Assembly: GCA_963768765.1 (NCBI GenBank)
Contig: CAVYJK010000032.1
Location: 106,318-170,317 of the forward strand
Length of the DNA: 64,000 nt
Reading direction: 5' to 3'
Source: an uncultured delta proteobacterium
GTDB lineage: Bacteria; Desulfobacterota; Desulfobaccia; Desulfobaccales; 0-14-0-80-60-11
Position 1 is the stretch's first letter, and every line of letters begins with the position of its first letter. Under the pieces are notes generated by a model that searched no databases, was not told where the DNA came from, and saw nothing but the letters and a program-made list of their open reading frames with translations. Positions 16,771-26,227 of the stretch are shown here, one piece after another. Position numbers and translations under genes: made by a program.

Positions 16771-18186
16771 ATGATGTTTTACTCAAAATTAAAATTCACC
16801 TACCACTTCATCGGCGTCGGGGGCATCGGCATGAGCGGCCTGGCGGAGCTCCTGGTGCGCCAGGGGCACCGGGTCAGCGGCTCGGACCTGGCGGCCAACC
16901 CTCTGACCCGGCGCCTGGAAGAGCTGGGGGTCCGGTTTTATGAAGGCCACCGCCCGGAGCACCTGGGGGACGCCCGCATCGTGGTCCACTCCACCGCGGT
17001 CAAGGAAGGCAACCCCGAGCTGGCCGCGGCCCGGGCCCGGGGCCTCACGGTGCTGCGCCGGGGCCAGCTGCTGGCCCACCTCATGCGCGGCCACTTCCAG
17101 ATCGCCGTCACCGGGGCCCACGGCAAGACCTCCACCACCGCCATGACCGCGGCCATCCTGCGGGCCGGGAATCTCGACCCCACCGTGGTGGTGGGGGCCC
17201 AGTGGGAGAGCCTGGGTTCCAACGCGGTCCTGGGCCGGGGCGCCTACTTCGTGGCCGAAGCCGACGAGAGCGACGCCTCCTTTGCCTATATCACGCCACA
17301 AATTACCGTAATCACCAACCTGGACCGGGAGCACCTGGACTTTTACCGGGACCTGGACCACATTAAGGAAACTTTTGCCAAGTACCTGTGGGACCTGCCT
17401 CAAGGGGCCCGGATAGTGGCCTGGGGCGACGACCCGCACCTGGCCCCGCTGCTTAAGAGCCAGCCCCATGAGGTGTTGACTTACAGCTTGCGGGCTGAGG
17501 CCGCGGACTTTTGGGCCACAGACCTGGAATCCCGGGGCTTCGGGTCCCGGTTCCGCCTGTTCCACCGCGGGCGGGAGCTGGGCGCTCTCGCCCTGCCCCT
17601 GGCCGGGTGCCACTACGTGCTCAACGCCATGGCCGCCTGTGCGGTGGCGCACATTTTGGGAGTGGAACTCCCGGCCTGGCGGACTGGGCTGGCCGGACTG
17701 GGACAGATACACCGCCGCTGCCAGGTGAAGGGCGAAGCCGGGGGGGTCCTGGTGCTGGACGACTACGGCCACCACCCCACGGAAATCGCCACCACCCTGG
17801 CCTCTCTGGCCCAGGCCTTTCCGGAGCGCCGCCTGGTGGTGGCCTTTCAGCCCCACCGCTATAGCCGCACCCGGGCTCTGCTGCCGGAGTTCTTCCCGGT
17901 CTTCCACCGGGCCTCCCTGGTGTTCGTCACCGAAATCTACAGCGCTGGGGAGGCGCCCCTGGACGGGTTGAGCGGGCGGGCGGTCTATGAAGGCATCCGC
18001 CAGAGCGGGCATGGGGCCGTTTATTTCGTTGAAGATAAGACGGCCGTGGCCGATAGTATCTTAAATCACCTCAACGCCGGGGACCTGGTCCTGACCCTGG
18101 GGGCGGGAGACATCTGGAAAACCGGGGAAGAGCTGCTGGCCCGCCTGAACCAGGAGCGGGCCGCTCCCGGGGTGGCTGAGCTATGA
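16771..18186 (+). CDS. murC: UDP-N-acetylmuramate--L-alanine ligase MurC
   Basis: HFIGVGGIGMSGLAELL, VTGAHGKTSTTAM P-loop, DDYGHHPTEI. Confidence 0.9.
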   Translation: MMFYSKLKFTYHFIGVGGIGMSGLAELLVRQGHRVSGSDLAANPLTRRLEELGVRFYEGHRPEHLGDARIVVHSTAVKEGNPELAAARARGLTVLRRGQLLAHLMRGHFQIAVTGAHGKTSTTAMTAAILRAGNLDPTVVVGAQWESLGSNAVLGRGAYFVAEADESDASFAYITPQITVITNLDREHLDFYRDLDHIKETFAKYLWDLPQGARIVAWGDDPHLAPLLKSQPHEVLTYSLRAEAADFWATDLESRGFGSRFRLFHRGRELGALALPLAGCHYVLNAMAACAVAHILGVELPAWRTGLAGLGQIHRRCQVKGEAGGVLVLDDYGHHPTEIATTLASLAQAFPERRLVVAFQPHRYSRTRALLPEFFPVFHRASLVFVTEIYSAGEAPLDGLSGRAVYEGIRQSGHGAVYFVEDKTAVADSILNHLNAGDLVLTLGAGDIWKTGEELLARLNQERAAPGVAEL

Positions 18187-19085
18187 GGAAAAAGGCCGTG
18201 CCGCGAAACACCCGCCTCGTGCCTCAACGCCCGGTCAAAAAGGCCCGCTTCTTCTCCCGGGGCCAGCCCACGAACATCTACCGCCGGAACCGGCAGGGCG
18301 GCGGCGGCAAAAAATCCTGGCTAAGCCTCATTCTCGTCTTCCTGGGAGTCCTAGGATTGATGGGCCTCTGTCTGGGTTTGGTATTCCTCTATCATCAACT
18401 CTTGACCTGCTCGGTGTTTTGCATTAAAGATATCAGCAACATTGAAATCGAGGGAACGCACCGGCTCACTCCCGAGGTGGTCCTCCGTCTGGCCAAACTG
18501 GGCCCCGATACCAACCTCCTGGCCCTCCGGCCCGGCCAGGTGGAGCGGACCTTGCTGACCCATTCCTGGATTGCCCGGGCTGAGCTGACCCGAAAATGGC
18601 CCCACCGGCTGCACCTCAAGATCCAGGAACGCCAGCCGGTGGCCCTGGTCCAGTTGGGAGAGGAACTCTATTACGTGGGTCGCCAGGGGAATCTGTTTAA
18701 GCCCATGTCTCCCGGGGATCCGCACAATTTTCCAGTAATCACGGGGTTGGCGCCGGAGCATTTCCGCTTGGTGGAAGGCGCCATGCCGGAGATTTTGGCC
18801 CAGGCCTTTCAACTGCTGGAGGTGCTCAAAGGTGCCTCGCCGCCCCTGAACCTGGAAAATATTTCCGAGATCCATGCGGACTTGGAGCGGGGCTTTTCCA
18901 TCTACGCCAATGGGCTGGGAGGCGCCCTGGAACTCGGCTTTAAGGATTATTCCCTAAAATTGGAAAAATTCGCCCAGATCTGGCCCGTGCTGACCCAAAA
19001 AGGCTACGCCGCCAGAATCGGGCGCATCAATCTCGACTATCCCCAGCGGGTGCTGATCACCCTCAAGGGCATGGAAGAGAACTGA
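18183..19085 (+). CDS. ftsQ: cell division protein FtsQ (POTRA domain)
   Basis: Basic N-terminus, one TM (LILVFLGVLGLMGLCLGLVFLY), then a POTRA-like IEIEGTHRLTPEVV. ATGA overlap with murC. Confidence 0.8.
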   Translation: MRKKAVPRNTRLVPQRPVKKARFFSRGQPTNIYRRNRQGGGGKKSWLSLILVFLGVLGLMGLCLGLVFLYHQLLTCSVFCIKDISNIEIEGTHRLTPEVVLRLAKLGPDTNLLALRPGQVERTLLTHSWIARAELTRKWPHRLHLKIQERQPVALVQLGEELYYVGRQGNLFKPMSPGDPHNFPVITGLAPEHFRLVEGAMPEILAQAFQLLEVLKGASPPLNLENISEIHADLERGFSIYANGLGGALELGFKDYSLKLEKFAQIWPVLTQKGYAARIGRINLDYPQRVLITLKGMEEN

Positions 19086-19097
19086 CAGGATGGAAAT

Positions 19098-20348
19098 GTG
19101 CCTCAAGACCTGATCGTCGGCTTGGACATCGGTACCACCAAGATTTGCGCCGTGGTGGGGGAAGTGCGGGACAACCAGGTGGATATCGTGGGCCTGGGCC
19201 AGGCCCCCACCGCCGGGGGCCTGCGCAAGGGGGTGGTAGTCAACATTGAAAACACCGTCCGCGCCATCCGCAGAGCGGTGGAAGAAGCAGAAACCATGGC
19301 CGGCTGCGAAATCCGCTCCGTTTACGCCGGAGTGGGCGGCGGCCAGACCAAGGTGATCGACAGCCAGGGCATCATCGCCATCAAGGACCGGGAGGTGACC
19401 CCGGCGGACGTGGACCGGGTCATCGACACGGCCCGCACCGTGGCCATCCCTTCCGACCGGGAAGTGATCCACACCCTGGTCCAGGATTTCTTGATCGACG
19501 GCCAGGACGGCATCAAAGACCCGGTGGGCATCCACGGGGTGCGCCTGGAGTGCAAGGTCCACATCGTCACCGGCGCCATCCCTGCCCTCAATAATATTAT
19601 GAAGTGCGCCAACCGGGCCGGCCTGGAAGTCAACGGCATCGCCCTGCAGACCCTGGCGGCGGGGGAGGCGGTGCTCACCGACGAAGAAAAGGAACTGGGG
19701 GTGGCCCTCATCGATTTCGGCGGCGGCACCACCGACCTGGCCATCTTTGCGGAAAACGCCCTCCGTTACAACTTCGTGCTGCCCGTGGGGGGCAACAACC
19801 TCACCAACGACATTGCCGTGGGGCTCCCCACCTCGCTCAACCACGCCGAAGACCTGAAGAAGCACTACGGCTCCTGTCTCAACGTCCTGGAGGACCCCCA
19901 GGAGATCCTGGAGGTGCCGGGCCTCACCGGCCGGGAAACCCAAAGCATTGCCCGGAGCAAACTTGCCGAGATCATTCACGTGCGGGTGGCGGAGATCATC
20001 ACTCTTTTGGGCAAAGAGGTCCAGCGGGCCCGGTTCGCCCATCCTCTGCACTCCGGCGCCGTGCTCGTGGGCGGCACCGCGTTGGTGGACGGTCTGCCGC
20101 AGCTGGCCGCCGAAGTCTTCAACATGCACACCCGCATCGGTTATCCCATGGGGGTCAGCGGCCTCATCGACGTGATCCACGACCCCTCCTACGCCACCGG
20201 CGTGGGCCTGGTGCTGTACGGTTTCCGGTCGCAACAGAAGGCCCAGCGCGGCACGCCCGAGCGCTGGCCCGCGGCCCGCTGGTCCGGCCGCCCATCCGGC
20301 GGCGGCTTCTGGAGCCGGGTCAAAAAATGGTTCCGGGAAGTGGTATGA
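19098..20348 (+). CDS. ftsA: cell division protein FtsA
   Basis: VGLDIGTTKICAVVGE, ..IDFGGGTTDLAIF.., and a C-terminal amphipathic helix FWSRVKKWFREV. Confidence 0.9.
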   Translation: MPQDLIVGLDIGTTKICAVVGEVRDNQVDIVGLGQAPTAGGLRKGVVVNIENTVRAIRRAVEEAETMAGCEIRSVYAGVGGGQTKVIDSQGIIAIKDREVTPADVDRVIDTARTVAIPSDREVIHTLVQDFLIDGQDGIKDPVGIHGVRLECKVHIVTGAIPALNNIMKCANRAGLEVNGIALQTLAAGEAVLTDEEKELGVALIDFGGGTTDLAIFAENALRYNFVLPVGGNNLTNDIAVGLPTSLNHAEDLKKHYGSCLNVLEDPQEILEVPGLTGRETQSIARSKLAEIIHVRVAEIITLLGKEVQRARFAHPLHSGAVLVGGTALVDGLPQLAAEVFNMHTRIGYPMGVSGLIDVIHDPSYATGVGLVLYGFRSQQKAQRGTPERWPAARWSGRPSGGGFWSRVKKWFREVV

Positions 20349-20391
20349 ATCAGCCAAACATGTTAAGATGATTCCCGAGGGGGTTTACAAG

Positions 20392-21597
20392 ATGAAGATT
20401 CAATTGGTCCCCAACGAATTGTCGGCAAAGATCAAGGTCCTGGGAGTGGGCGGGGCCGGCGGCAACGCGGTCAACGACATGATCGCCTCCCAGATGGTGG
20501 GGGTGGACTTCATCTCGGCCAATACCGACGCCCAGTCCCTGGAACGCAGTCTGGCGCCCGTCAAGATCCAGTTGGGGACCAACGTGACCCGGGGCCTGGG
20601 GGCCGGGGGCGACCCCGAAGTGGGGCGCAACGCCACCCTGGAAGAAGGCGAACGCCTCAAGCAAGTCCTCCAGGGGGCCGACATGGTGTTCATCGCCGCG
20701 GGCATGGGCGGCGGCACCGGCACCGGCGGCGCCCCGGTGGTGGCCGAACTGAGCCGGGAACTGGGGGCCCTCACCGTGGCCGTGGTGAGCAAACCCTTCG
20801 AATTCGAAGGCAAGATGAAGCGGCGCCTGGCCGAAAGCGGCATCGAAGAGCTGCGCCGGGTGGTGGACACCATCATCACCATCCCCAACGACCGCCTCTT
20901 TTCCCTGAGTTCCAAAAATTCCCGCATCAAGGACGTCTTCGGCATGGCCAACGAAGTCCTGGGCTTTGCGGTGCGGGGCATCTCCGACCTCATCATGGTG
21001 CCCGGCTTCATCAACGTGGATTTCGCCGACGTGCGCACCGTCATGAAGGAGCGGGGCATGGCCCTGATGGGCACCGGCATCGCCAACGGCGGCAACCGGG
21101 CGGCGGACGCGGCCCACAAGGCCATCTCCAGCCCGCTGCTGGAAGACATCTCCATCCGGGGCGCCCGGGGCATCCTCATCAACATCACCGCCACCCCCGA
21201 CATCTCCATGGAGGAGTTGAAGGAGATCTGCGGCATCGTCCAGGAAGAGGCCCACGAAGACGCCATCATCAAGTGGGGCCTGGTCTATGACGAGAGCCTG
21301 AACGAGGAGATCCGGGTGACGGTCATCGCCACCGGCATCGGCAAGCGCTTGGAAGCCCCGGCCGCGGACCTGGGGGCCTGGTCCCAAACCCCCCAGGGCC
21401 AGCCCGAAGACCTGGAGATCCCCACCATCCTGCGCCAGACCCCCGCGGACCCCACCCGGCCCGCCGCCGAAAGCAAGCCCGCGGAGAAACGGTCTTTTGG
21501 AGTCATCGGGGCCAAAAAATACATCGTCCACCCCGACCTGCAATACGAGGAGAACGAACTGGACACCCCGCCTTTCCTGAGAAAGGAGCAAAACTGA
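20392..21597 (+). CDS. ftsZ: cell division protein FtsZ
   Basis: IKVLGVGGAGGNAVN and GGGTGTGGAPV tubulin signature. ATG at 20392 has the RBS GAGGGGG 8 nt upstream. ATG at 20368 is also in frame but lacks an SD. Confidence 0.9.
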   Translation: MKIQLVPNELSAKIKVLGVGGAGGNAVNDMIASQMVGVDFISANTDAQSLERSLAPVKIQLGTNVTRGLGAGGDPEVGRNATLEEGERLKQVLQGADMVFIAAGMGGGTGTGGAPVVAELSRELGALTVAVVSKPFEFEGKMKRRLAESGIEELRRVVDTIITIPNDRLFSLSSKNSRIKDVFGMANEVLGFAVRGISDLIMVPGFINVDFADVRTVMKERGMALMGTGIANGGNRAADAAHKAISSPLLEDISIRGARGILINITATPDISMEELKEICGIVQEEAHEDAIIKWGLVYDESLNEEIRVTVIATGIGKRLEAPAADLGAWSQTPQGQPEDLEIPTILRQTPADPTRPAAESKPAEKRSFGVIGAKKYIVHPDLQYEENELDTPPFLRKEQN

Positions 21598-21606
21598 TTA
21601 AAAAAC

Positions 21607-21635
21607 GGTTTTGGGTTTTGGGTTTTGGGTGGGGG
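21607..21635 (+). other. telomere-like G3T4 tract (canonical G-quadruplex motif)
   Basis: GGTTTTGGGTTTTGGGTTTTGGGTGGGGG lies 10 nt after the ftsZ stop. It is followed by the hairpin GGGGCGTGAtttaTCACGCCCC (21632-21653). Confidence 0.6.
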
Positions 21636-21675
21636 CGTGATTTATCACGCCCCTTCATTAATCTCCGGGGGATAA

Positions 21676-21768
21676 TTACCCCCCTTTTCTAAAGGGGGGC
21701 AAGGGGGGATTAAAAATCCCATTAAAATCCCCCTAAATCCCCCTTTAACAAAGGGGGACTTTAAATTG
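21676..21768 (+). repeat. double-hairpin C/G-run element (copy 2)
   Basis: CCCCCC-ttttctaaa-GGGGGG and TCCCCC-tttaacaaa-GGGGGA. It shares ..AAATCCCCCTAAATCCCCCTTTA..GGGGGACTTT with 14411-14504. Confidence 0.85.
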
Positions 21769-21813
21769 CTCCTGCAAATGCTACCTTTGCTCCCGTCCTG
21801 ACCGGTTTCCCCT

Positions 21814-23568
21814 ATGTCCGCCCGGATCAAAACCCGCCTGCAAGAACTTCTGTCCCAGGAAAAGGGGGCGGTGGTGCGGGAATGGGGGGCGTCCTGGCCC
21901 ATCGCCCTGGTCTACCCCCAGATCTACCCCGTGGCCATGGGCAACCTGGGGTTCCAGGCCATCTACCACCTCCTCAACCGGGCCCCCGGCCTGGTGTGCG
22001 AGCGGGCCTTCCTGCCCACCCCCGAGGAGTGGCAGGAGCACCGGCGCACCCGTACCCCGATCCTTACCCTGGAGTCCCAGCGGCCGCTTACCGATTTCGC
22101 CGCGGTGGCCTTTTCCATCTCCTTTGAGGCCGACTACCCATACGTGCTGCAGATTCTGGCCGGCGCCGGGATTCCCTTGCGAGCCGCCGACCGGGGGCCC
22201 GGGGACCCCCTGGTGCTGGCCGGCGGGGTGGCCACCTTCCTCAACCCCGAGCCCCTGGCCCCCTTCGTGGACGCCTTTTTCCTGGGGGAGGGGGAAGCCG
22301 GGGCCGCGCCCTTCTTCCAGTTTCTCGCCGAAGGCCCCCCCGCCGGGGACCGCCTCCAAATGCTGCGGGAACTGGCCCAAACCGTGCCCGGCACCTATGT
22401 GCCCGCCGGCTACCGCCCCGTCTACCAGGCCGACGGCACCCTGGCGGCCTTTGAGCCCCAGGCCGGCTACCCCGAGCGAGTGACTGCCCCCCACCTGCCG
22501 GAGTTGGCCCCCTACCCTACCCACAGCCACCTTCTGGCCCCCCAGAGCGAGTGGGGCGAGATGTTCCTGGTGGAGACGGGCCGGGGCTGCTCCCGGGGCT
22601 GCCGCTTTTGCGCCGCGGGCTTCGTCTACCGCCCACCCCGGGAGCGCCCCTTAGAGGAGCTCTGGGCCCAGGTCCAGCGAGGCCTCATGGAAAAGCGCAA
22701 GGTGGGCCTGGTGGGGGCCGCGGTCTCCGACCACCCGGCGGTCAAGGAACTGTGCCGCCGGGTCCTGGCCGCCGGCGGCCACCTGGGCATCAGTTCGCTT
22801 AGGGCCGATTCCGCCGACGCCGAGCTTTTTGGGCTGCTGGCCCAGGGGGGCGTGCGCAGCGTGGCCCTGGCCCCGGAGGCCGGGAGCGAGCGCCTGCGCC
22901 GGGTCCTCAACAAGGGCCTCACCCAGGAGGACCTGGCCCGGGCCGCTCTGGCTCTCGCCCAATCCGGCATTCCCCAATTGCGCCTCTACTTCATGGTGGG
23001 CCTCCCCACCGAGACCCGGGAGGACGTCGCCGAAATCCCCCGCCTGGTGCGCTACCTGGAACACCGGGTGGTGAAGGAGAGCGCCGGCAAGAGGCGCCTG
23101 GGCCTCATCACCCTGAGCCTGTCGTCCTTCGTCCCCAAGCCCTTCACCCCCTTCCAATGGAGTCCCTTCACCGAGGTGCCGGAGCTGAAAAAGCGCTTGA
23201 AGCTGGTGACCCGGGAGTTCCACGGCGTCAAAGAGGTGCGGGTGCACACCGACCTGCCCAAGTGGGCCTACGTCCAGGCTGTGATCGCCCGGGGCGACCG
23301 CCGGGTGGGGGACCTCTTGCTGGCCGCCCACGAGCAGGGCTGGAACCGGGCCCTTCAGGAAAGCCCCGTCAACCCGGACTTTTTTACTCTCCGGGAACGG
23401 CGCCCGGATGAACTCTTCCCCTGGGACTTCATCGACCACGGCCTGAAGAAGGACTACCTCTGGGAAGAATACCAGCGGGCCCTGGAAGAAAAGGAGACCC
23501 CGCCCTGCCGGCCCCTGGTCTGCAAACGGTGCGGGATTTGTAAGGGGGAGGAGGGCGAAGAGAACTAG
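21814..23568 (+). CDS. radical SAM protein (B12-binding-like N-terminal region; TIGR03960-like)
   Basis: ETGRGCSRGCRFCAAG contains the CxxxCxxC cluster motif. 584 aa. Confidence 0.75.
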   Translation: MSARIKTRLQELLSQEKGAVVREWGASWPIALVYPQIYPVAMGNLGFQAIYHLLNRAPGLVCERAFLPTPEEWQEHRRTRTPILTLESQRPLTDFAAVAFSISFEADYPYVLQILAGAGIPLRAADRGPGDPLVLAGGVATFLNPEPLAPFVDAFFLGEGEAGAAPFFQFLAEGPPAGDRLQMLRELAQTVPGTYVPAGYRPVYQADGTLAAFEPQAGYPERVTAPHLPELAPYPTHSHLLAPQSEWGEMFLVETGRGCSRGCRFCAAGFVYRPPRERPLEELWAQVQRGLMEKRKVGLVGAAVSDHPAVKELCRRVLAAGGHLGISSLRADSADAELFGLLAQGGVRSVALAPEAGSERLRRVLNKGLTQEDLARAALALAQSGIPQLRLYFMVGLPTETREDVAEIPRLVRYLEHRVVKESAGKRRLGLITLSLSSFVPKPFTPFQWSPFTEVPELKKRLKLVTREFHGVKEVRVHTDLPKWAYVQAVIARGDRRVGDLLLAAHEQGWNRALQESPVNPDFFTLRERRPDELFPWDFIDHGLKKDYLWEEYQRALEEKETPPCRPLVCKRCGICKGEEGEEN

Positions 23569-23597
23569 GATTGTGGGGAAGGAGGCCAGGGGCCTTC

Positions 23598-23690
23598 CAC
23601 AGGCGAGACGCCTGTGCCACCAGCCCCTGCGCTTAAAAAAAACTTCCCCAAACCCCTTAAGTTTTGGTGGCACAGGCTTCCAGCCGGTGC
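23598..23690. repeat. palindromic hairpin pair
   Basis: CACAGGCGAGACGCCTGTGCCACCAG (near-identical to 10430-10455) and GGCACAGGCTTCCAGCCGGTGC. Confidence 0.75.
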
Positions 23691-23785
23691 TTTCTTTACC
23701 CGTTCCCAAGCGGGAGATTGGGAACCAGAGGAAAAAAGCCCGGCGGGACCAGGCTGGAATCCACTGAATAATAGGGGCGTCTCTG

Positions 23786-24307
23786 CTACACCACCTTGGC
23801 CCCCAGGACCCGCTGCATGTGTTTCAGGGCGAAGGCGTGGGCCTCGGGGTCGAAGTCCGCCACCCCGTCCCGGTAAACCAGGGTGGGCAGGTCCCGGTCG
23901 AAAAGTTCCTTGACGGTCTCCATCACGCAGATGGAGGTGCAGACCCCCACCACCTCCACCCGCGCCACCCGCTCTTTTTGCAGGATCTCATCCAGGTTGG
24001 TGCGGGCAAAGGCGCTGTAGCGGGTCTTTTCCACCCGGTAATCGCCCGGCTTTAGCGGCAGTTCCGGAATAACCTGGGCCCCCCAACTGCCCTTGACGGC
24101 ATGGGGGGCGAAGTGCTTGAACTCCCGGTCATCTGAAGCATGGGCGTCGCAGATAAAGACCACCACCCCGCCCTGGGCCTGGACTGCCTCGATTTTGGCG
24201 GCCACAAAGGGGATGATGGCCCGTCCCCGGGCCCCTACATACAAGGCGCCCTGGGGGTCGATGAAGTCATTCAACATGTCCGCCACGATCAACGCGGTTT
24301 TGCCCAT
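23786..24307 (-). CDS. isochorismatase-family cysteine hydrolase (nicotinamidase-like)
   Basis: ALIVADMLNDF.., ..VVFICDAH.., ..VVGVCTSICVMETV (catalytic Cys context). Confidence 0.8.
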   Translation of the reverse strand: MGKTALIVADMLNDFIDPQGALYVGARGRAIIPFVAAKIEAVQAQGGVVVFICDAHASDDREFKHFAPHAVKGSWGAQVIPELPLKPGDYRVEKTRYSAFARTNLDEILQKERVARVEVVGVCTSICVMETVKELFDRDLPTLVYRDGVADFDPEAHAFALKHMQRVLGAKVV

Positions 24308-24420
24308 GGTGGTGGCCTCCGGAGAGCGGCATGCAGCAGATTGTCAAAAGATAATGGCTGGTGGGGGGTAAGGCAAGGGGAAGACATTGGTAAGGCGCCG
24401 GGCGCACCATAAGTGTTATC

Positions 24421-24572
24421 GGCAGGGTAAGTCGGGGCCGCAGGTCCCGCCTTACTCTGCCCCTTATGCGGGTTGGGGGAGGGTCATTAGCCTTTGGCTA
24501 ATGACCCAGATATGTAAAAATGGGCCGTAGGCCCATTCGGGCAGGGCCGTTGGCCCTGGCCCCCTCCCCAAT
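24421..24572. repeat. composite palindromic repeat block
   Basis: The D-type arm GGGTAAGTCGGGGCCGCAGGTCCCGCCTTAC..CCCCTTATGCGGGTTGGGGGAGGG has relatives at 841-900 and, inverted, at 45240-45300. Inner hairpins: TCATTAGCCtttGGCTAATGA and ATGGGCCgtaGGCCCAT. Confidence 0.75.
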
Positions 24573-24574
24573 TC

Positions 24575-25177
24575 CTACACAAACAGGGTGATATCCGCGT
24601 CCGCGGCGTAGTCCAGGAAGGTGCCGGCCCCGGCGAACTCCAGGCCGTCGATGAGGTCCTCTTTCTTGATGCCCAGGACATCCAGGGTCATCTGGCAGGC
24701 GATGAGCTTAACCCCGTTTTCCTTAGCCAGGTCGATGAGATCCGGGATGGTGGGGACCCCGCCCTTTTTCATCCAGTCCTTCATCATCCAGGAGGCCATG
24801 CGGGTCATGCCGGGCAGCACCCCCACGATGTTGGGCATGGGCACCGGCATGGCCGGGTTGGCCAGGGGCGGGATCTTCAGATCCCGGTACTTCTTCTTGT
24901 TGACGATATCAAGCCCGTAGAAGCTGAAAAAGATGGCCGCCTCCATGTCCATGGCCGCCGCGGTGGTGGCCAGGATCAGGGGGGGATAAGCCATGTCCAG
25001 GGTGCCTTTGGTGGCGACGATGGCCACCCGTTTGGGGCGGGTCACATCCAGGCCCTGGCGTTTCAATTCCGCGGCCACCTGAAGGCGCACTTGCTCGGTG
25101 ATGAAGTTTTCCAACTCCGGGGTCAAGGCGAGGCCGCCGGCCGCGGCCGCGACTGCGGATTCTTCCTTCTTAGCCAT
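24575..25177 (-). CDS. DsrE/DsrF/DrsH-like family protein (DsrE2-like, about 200 aa)
   Basis: RVAIVATKGTLDMAYPPLILATTAAAMDMEAAIFFSFYGL..IACQMTLDVLG fits the DrsE_2-type pattern. Last gene of the tusA operon. Confidence 0.7.
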   Translation of the reverse strand: MAKKEESAVAAAAGGLALTPELENFITEQVRLQVAAELKRQGLDVTRPKRVAIVATKGTLDMAYPPLILATTAAAMDMEAAIFFSFYGLDIVNKKKYRDLKIPPLANPAMPVPMPNIVGVLPGMTRMASWMMKDWMKKGGVPTIPDLIDLAKENGVKLIACQMTLDVLGIKKEDLIDGLEFAGAGTFLDYAADADITLFV

Positions 25178-25191
25178 AATCTCTTACCTCC

Positions 25192-25365
25192 CTACCACCA
25201 GGAGATTACCTGGTCATGATTCAGCACCAGGTCCAGCAGGCGGTCATAATCCACCGGCTCCTGGTACAGGGAAAATTCCTGGGCCTCCCGGTCCCGGGAG
25301 GTGATGGCCACCAACTCCTTGGTCTCCTCATCCGGCGGATGCCGGTATACGTGTAGAATCTTCAT
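25192..25365 (-). CDS. 57-aa hypothetical protein in the TusA/DsrE operon (possible DsrH/TusB-like)
   Basis: Below the ORF-track cutoff as a separate gene. MKILHVYRHPPDEETKELVAITSRDREAQEFSLYQEPVDYDRLLDLVLNHDQVISWW. GAGGAG lies directly upstream, after the TGA of the preceding gene. Confidence 0.55.
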   Translation of the reverse strand: MKILHVYRHPPDEETKELVAITSRDREAQEFSLYQEPVDYDRLLDLVLNHDQVISWW

Positions 25366-25373
25366 AGCTCCTC

Positions 25374-25658
25374 TCAGAAGGGAATGACGACGTCCTGCTC
25401 CCTTAGCAGCTCTCCCATGTCGGCCAGGCTCAGGTAAGCGAAGCCGTGCTTGGCCACGTTGGCCGGGTGGTTGCTGAAGCGCCGGCCCTCCATTTCGTCC
25501 AGGAAACCCAGGTTGTCGGTGAAGGCCTCGTCCAGGGCCACTTCGTAGTCCAGGACCAGGTAAGTCACCTGGTGGTCCTCCAACAGGCACCCCAGGCTGG
25601 AGCGCAGGGCCTCGTACTGCCGCTGGGGCTGCCGGGCCAGTACCGCGACTTTTTTCAT
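25374..25658 (-). CDS. DsrE/F/H-fold-like small protein (94 aa)
   Basis: MKKVAVLARQPQRQYEALRSSLGCLLEDHQVTYLVL... GGAGG RBS 11 nt upstream. Operon context. Confidence 0.5.
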   Translation of the reverse strand: MKKVAVLARQPQRQYEALRSSLGCLLEDHQVTYLVLDYEVALDEAFTDNLGFLDEMEGRRFSNHPANVAKHGFAYLSLADMGELLREQDVVIPF

Positions 25659-25674
25659 CTTGAGCCAAACCTCC

Positions 25675-25980
25675 TTACAACACCAGGTAGTGGGGGTAAT
25701 CTTCCAGCATTTCCGCGTGCTTGGCCTGGGTGGCGAAATCCTTGAACCCCAGGCCCGGCACCTCCCCCTTAAGGCCGTGGGCCCGGAAGCTCACCTCGCA
25801 GAGGGCCAGTTTGGCCCGGCCGGCCAGCTGGCCGAAGCGGGGGTCCTGGGTGAGCAGCACCCCGTCCCCGGTGAGGAAGACCACCACCGGCACGGCGTGC
25901 CTTTCCGCGGCCCCCACCAGTCCCAGGAGGTGGTCCAGGGAATCCCTGGTGGCTACCAGTATTCCTAAAGGTCCTTTCAC
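25675..25980 (-). CDS. DsrE/DsrF-like sulfur-relay family protein (101 aa)
   Basis: GILVATRDSLDHLLGLVGAAERHAVPVVVFLTGDGV..ALCEVSF. GTG start 10 nt after the tusA stop. Confidence 0.6.
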   Translation of the reverse strand: MKGPLGILVATRDSLDHLLGLVGAAERHAVPVVVFLTGDGVLLTQDPRFGQLAGRAKLALCEVSFRAHGLKGEVPGLGFKDFATQAKHAEMLEDYPHYLVL

Positions 25981-25990
25981 GGTGTCCGCC

Positions 25991-26227
25991 TCATTTCTTC
26001 TGGAGATAGAAATGGAAGACCTCGCCTTCCTCTTCCACTCCCAGGTAGGTGTTGCCGGTGCGGGCCGCCCAGCTGGGCAGGTCGTTCTTGGAGCCGGGGT
26101 CCGTGCCCACCACTTCCAGGACCTGGCCGCTGGCCAGCTCCGCCATGGCCTTCTTGGTTTTGAGCAAAGGCAACGGACAGGCGTCCCCGCGGCAATCCAG
26201 GGTCCGCTGGGGGGTGAATTTACTCAT
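25991..26227 (-). CDS. tusA: TusA-like sulfurtransferase
   Basis: LDCRGDACPLPLLKTKKAM contains the CPxP active-site motif. 78 aa. Confidence 0.85.
   Translation of the reverse strand: MSKFTPQRTLDCRGDACPLPLLKTKKAMAELASGQVLEVVGTDPGSKNDLPSWAARTGNTYLGVEEEGEVFHFYLQKK

Noticed and set aside
25192-25668. 158-aa ORF spanning two genes of the sulfur-relay operon
   Set aside because: Its N-terminal part is P/G/R-rich and overlaps the better 94-aa ORF in another frame. Only the last 57 codons, which have their own RBS, look real.
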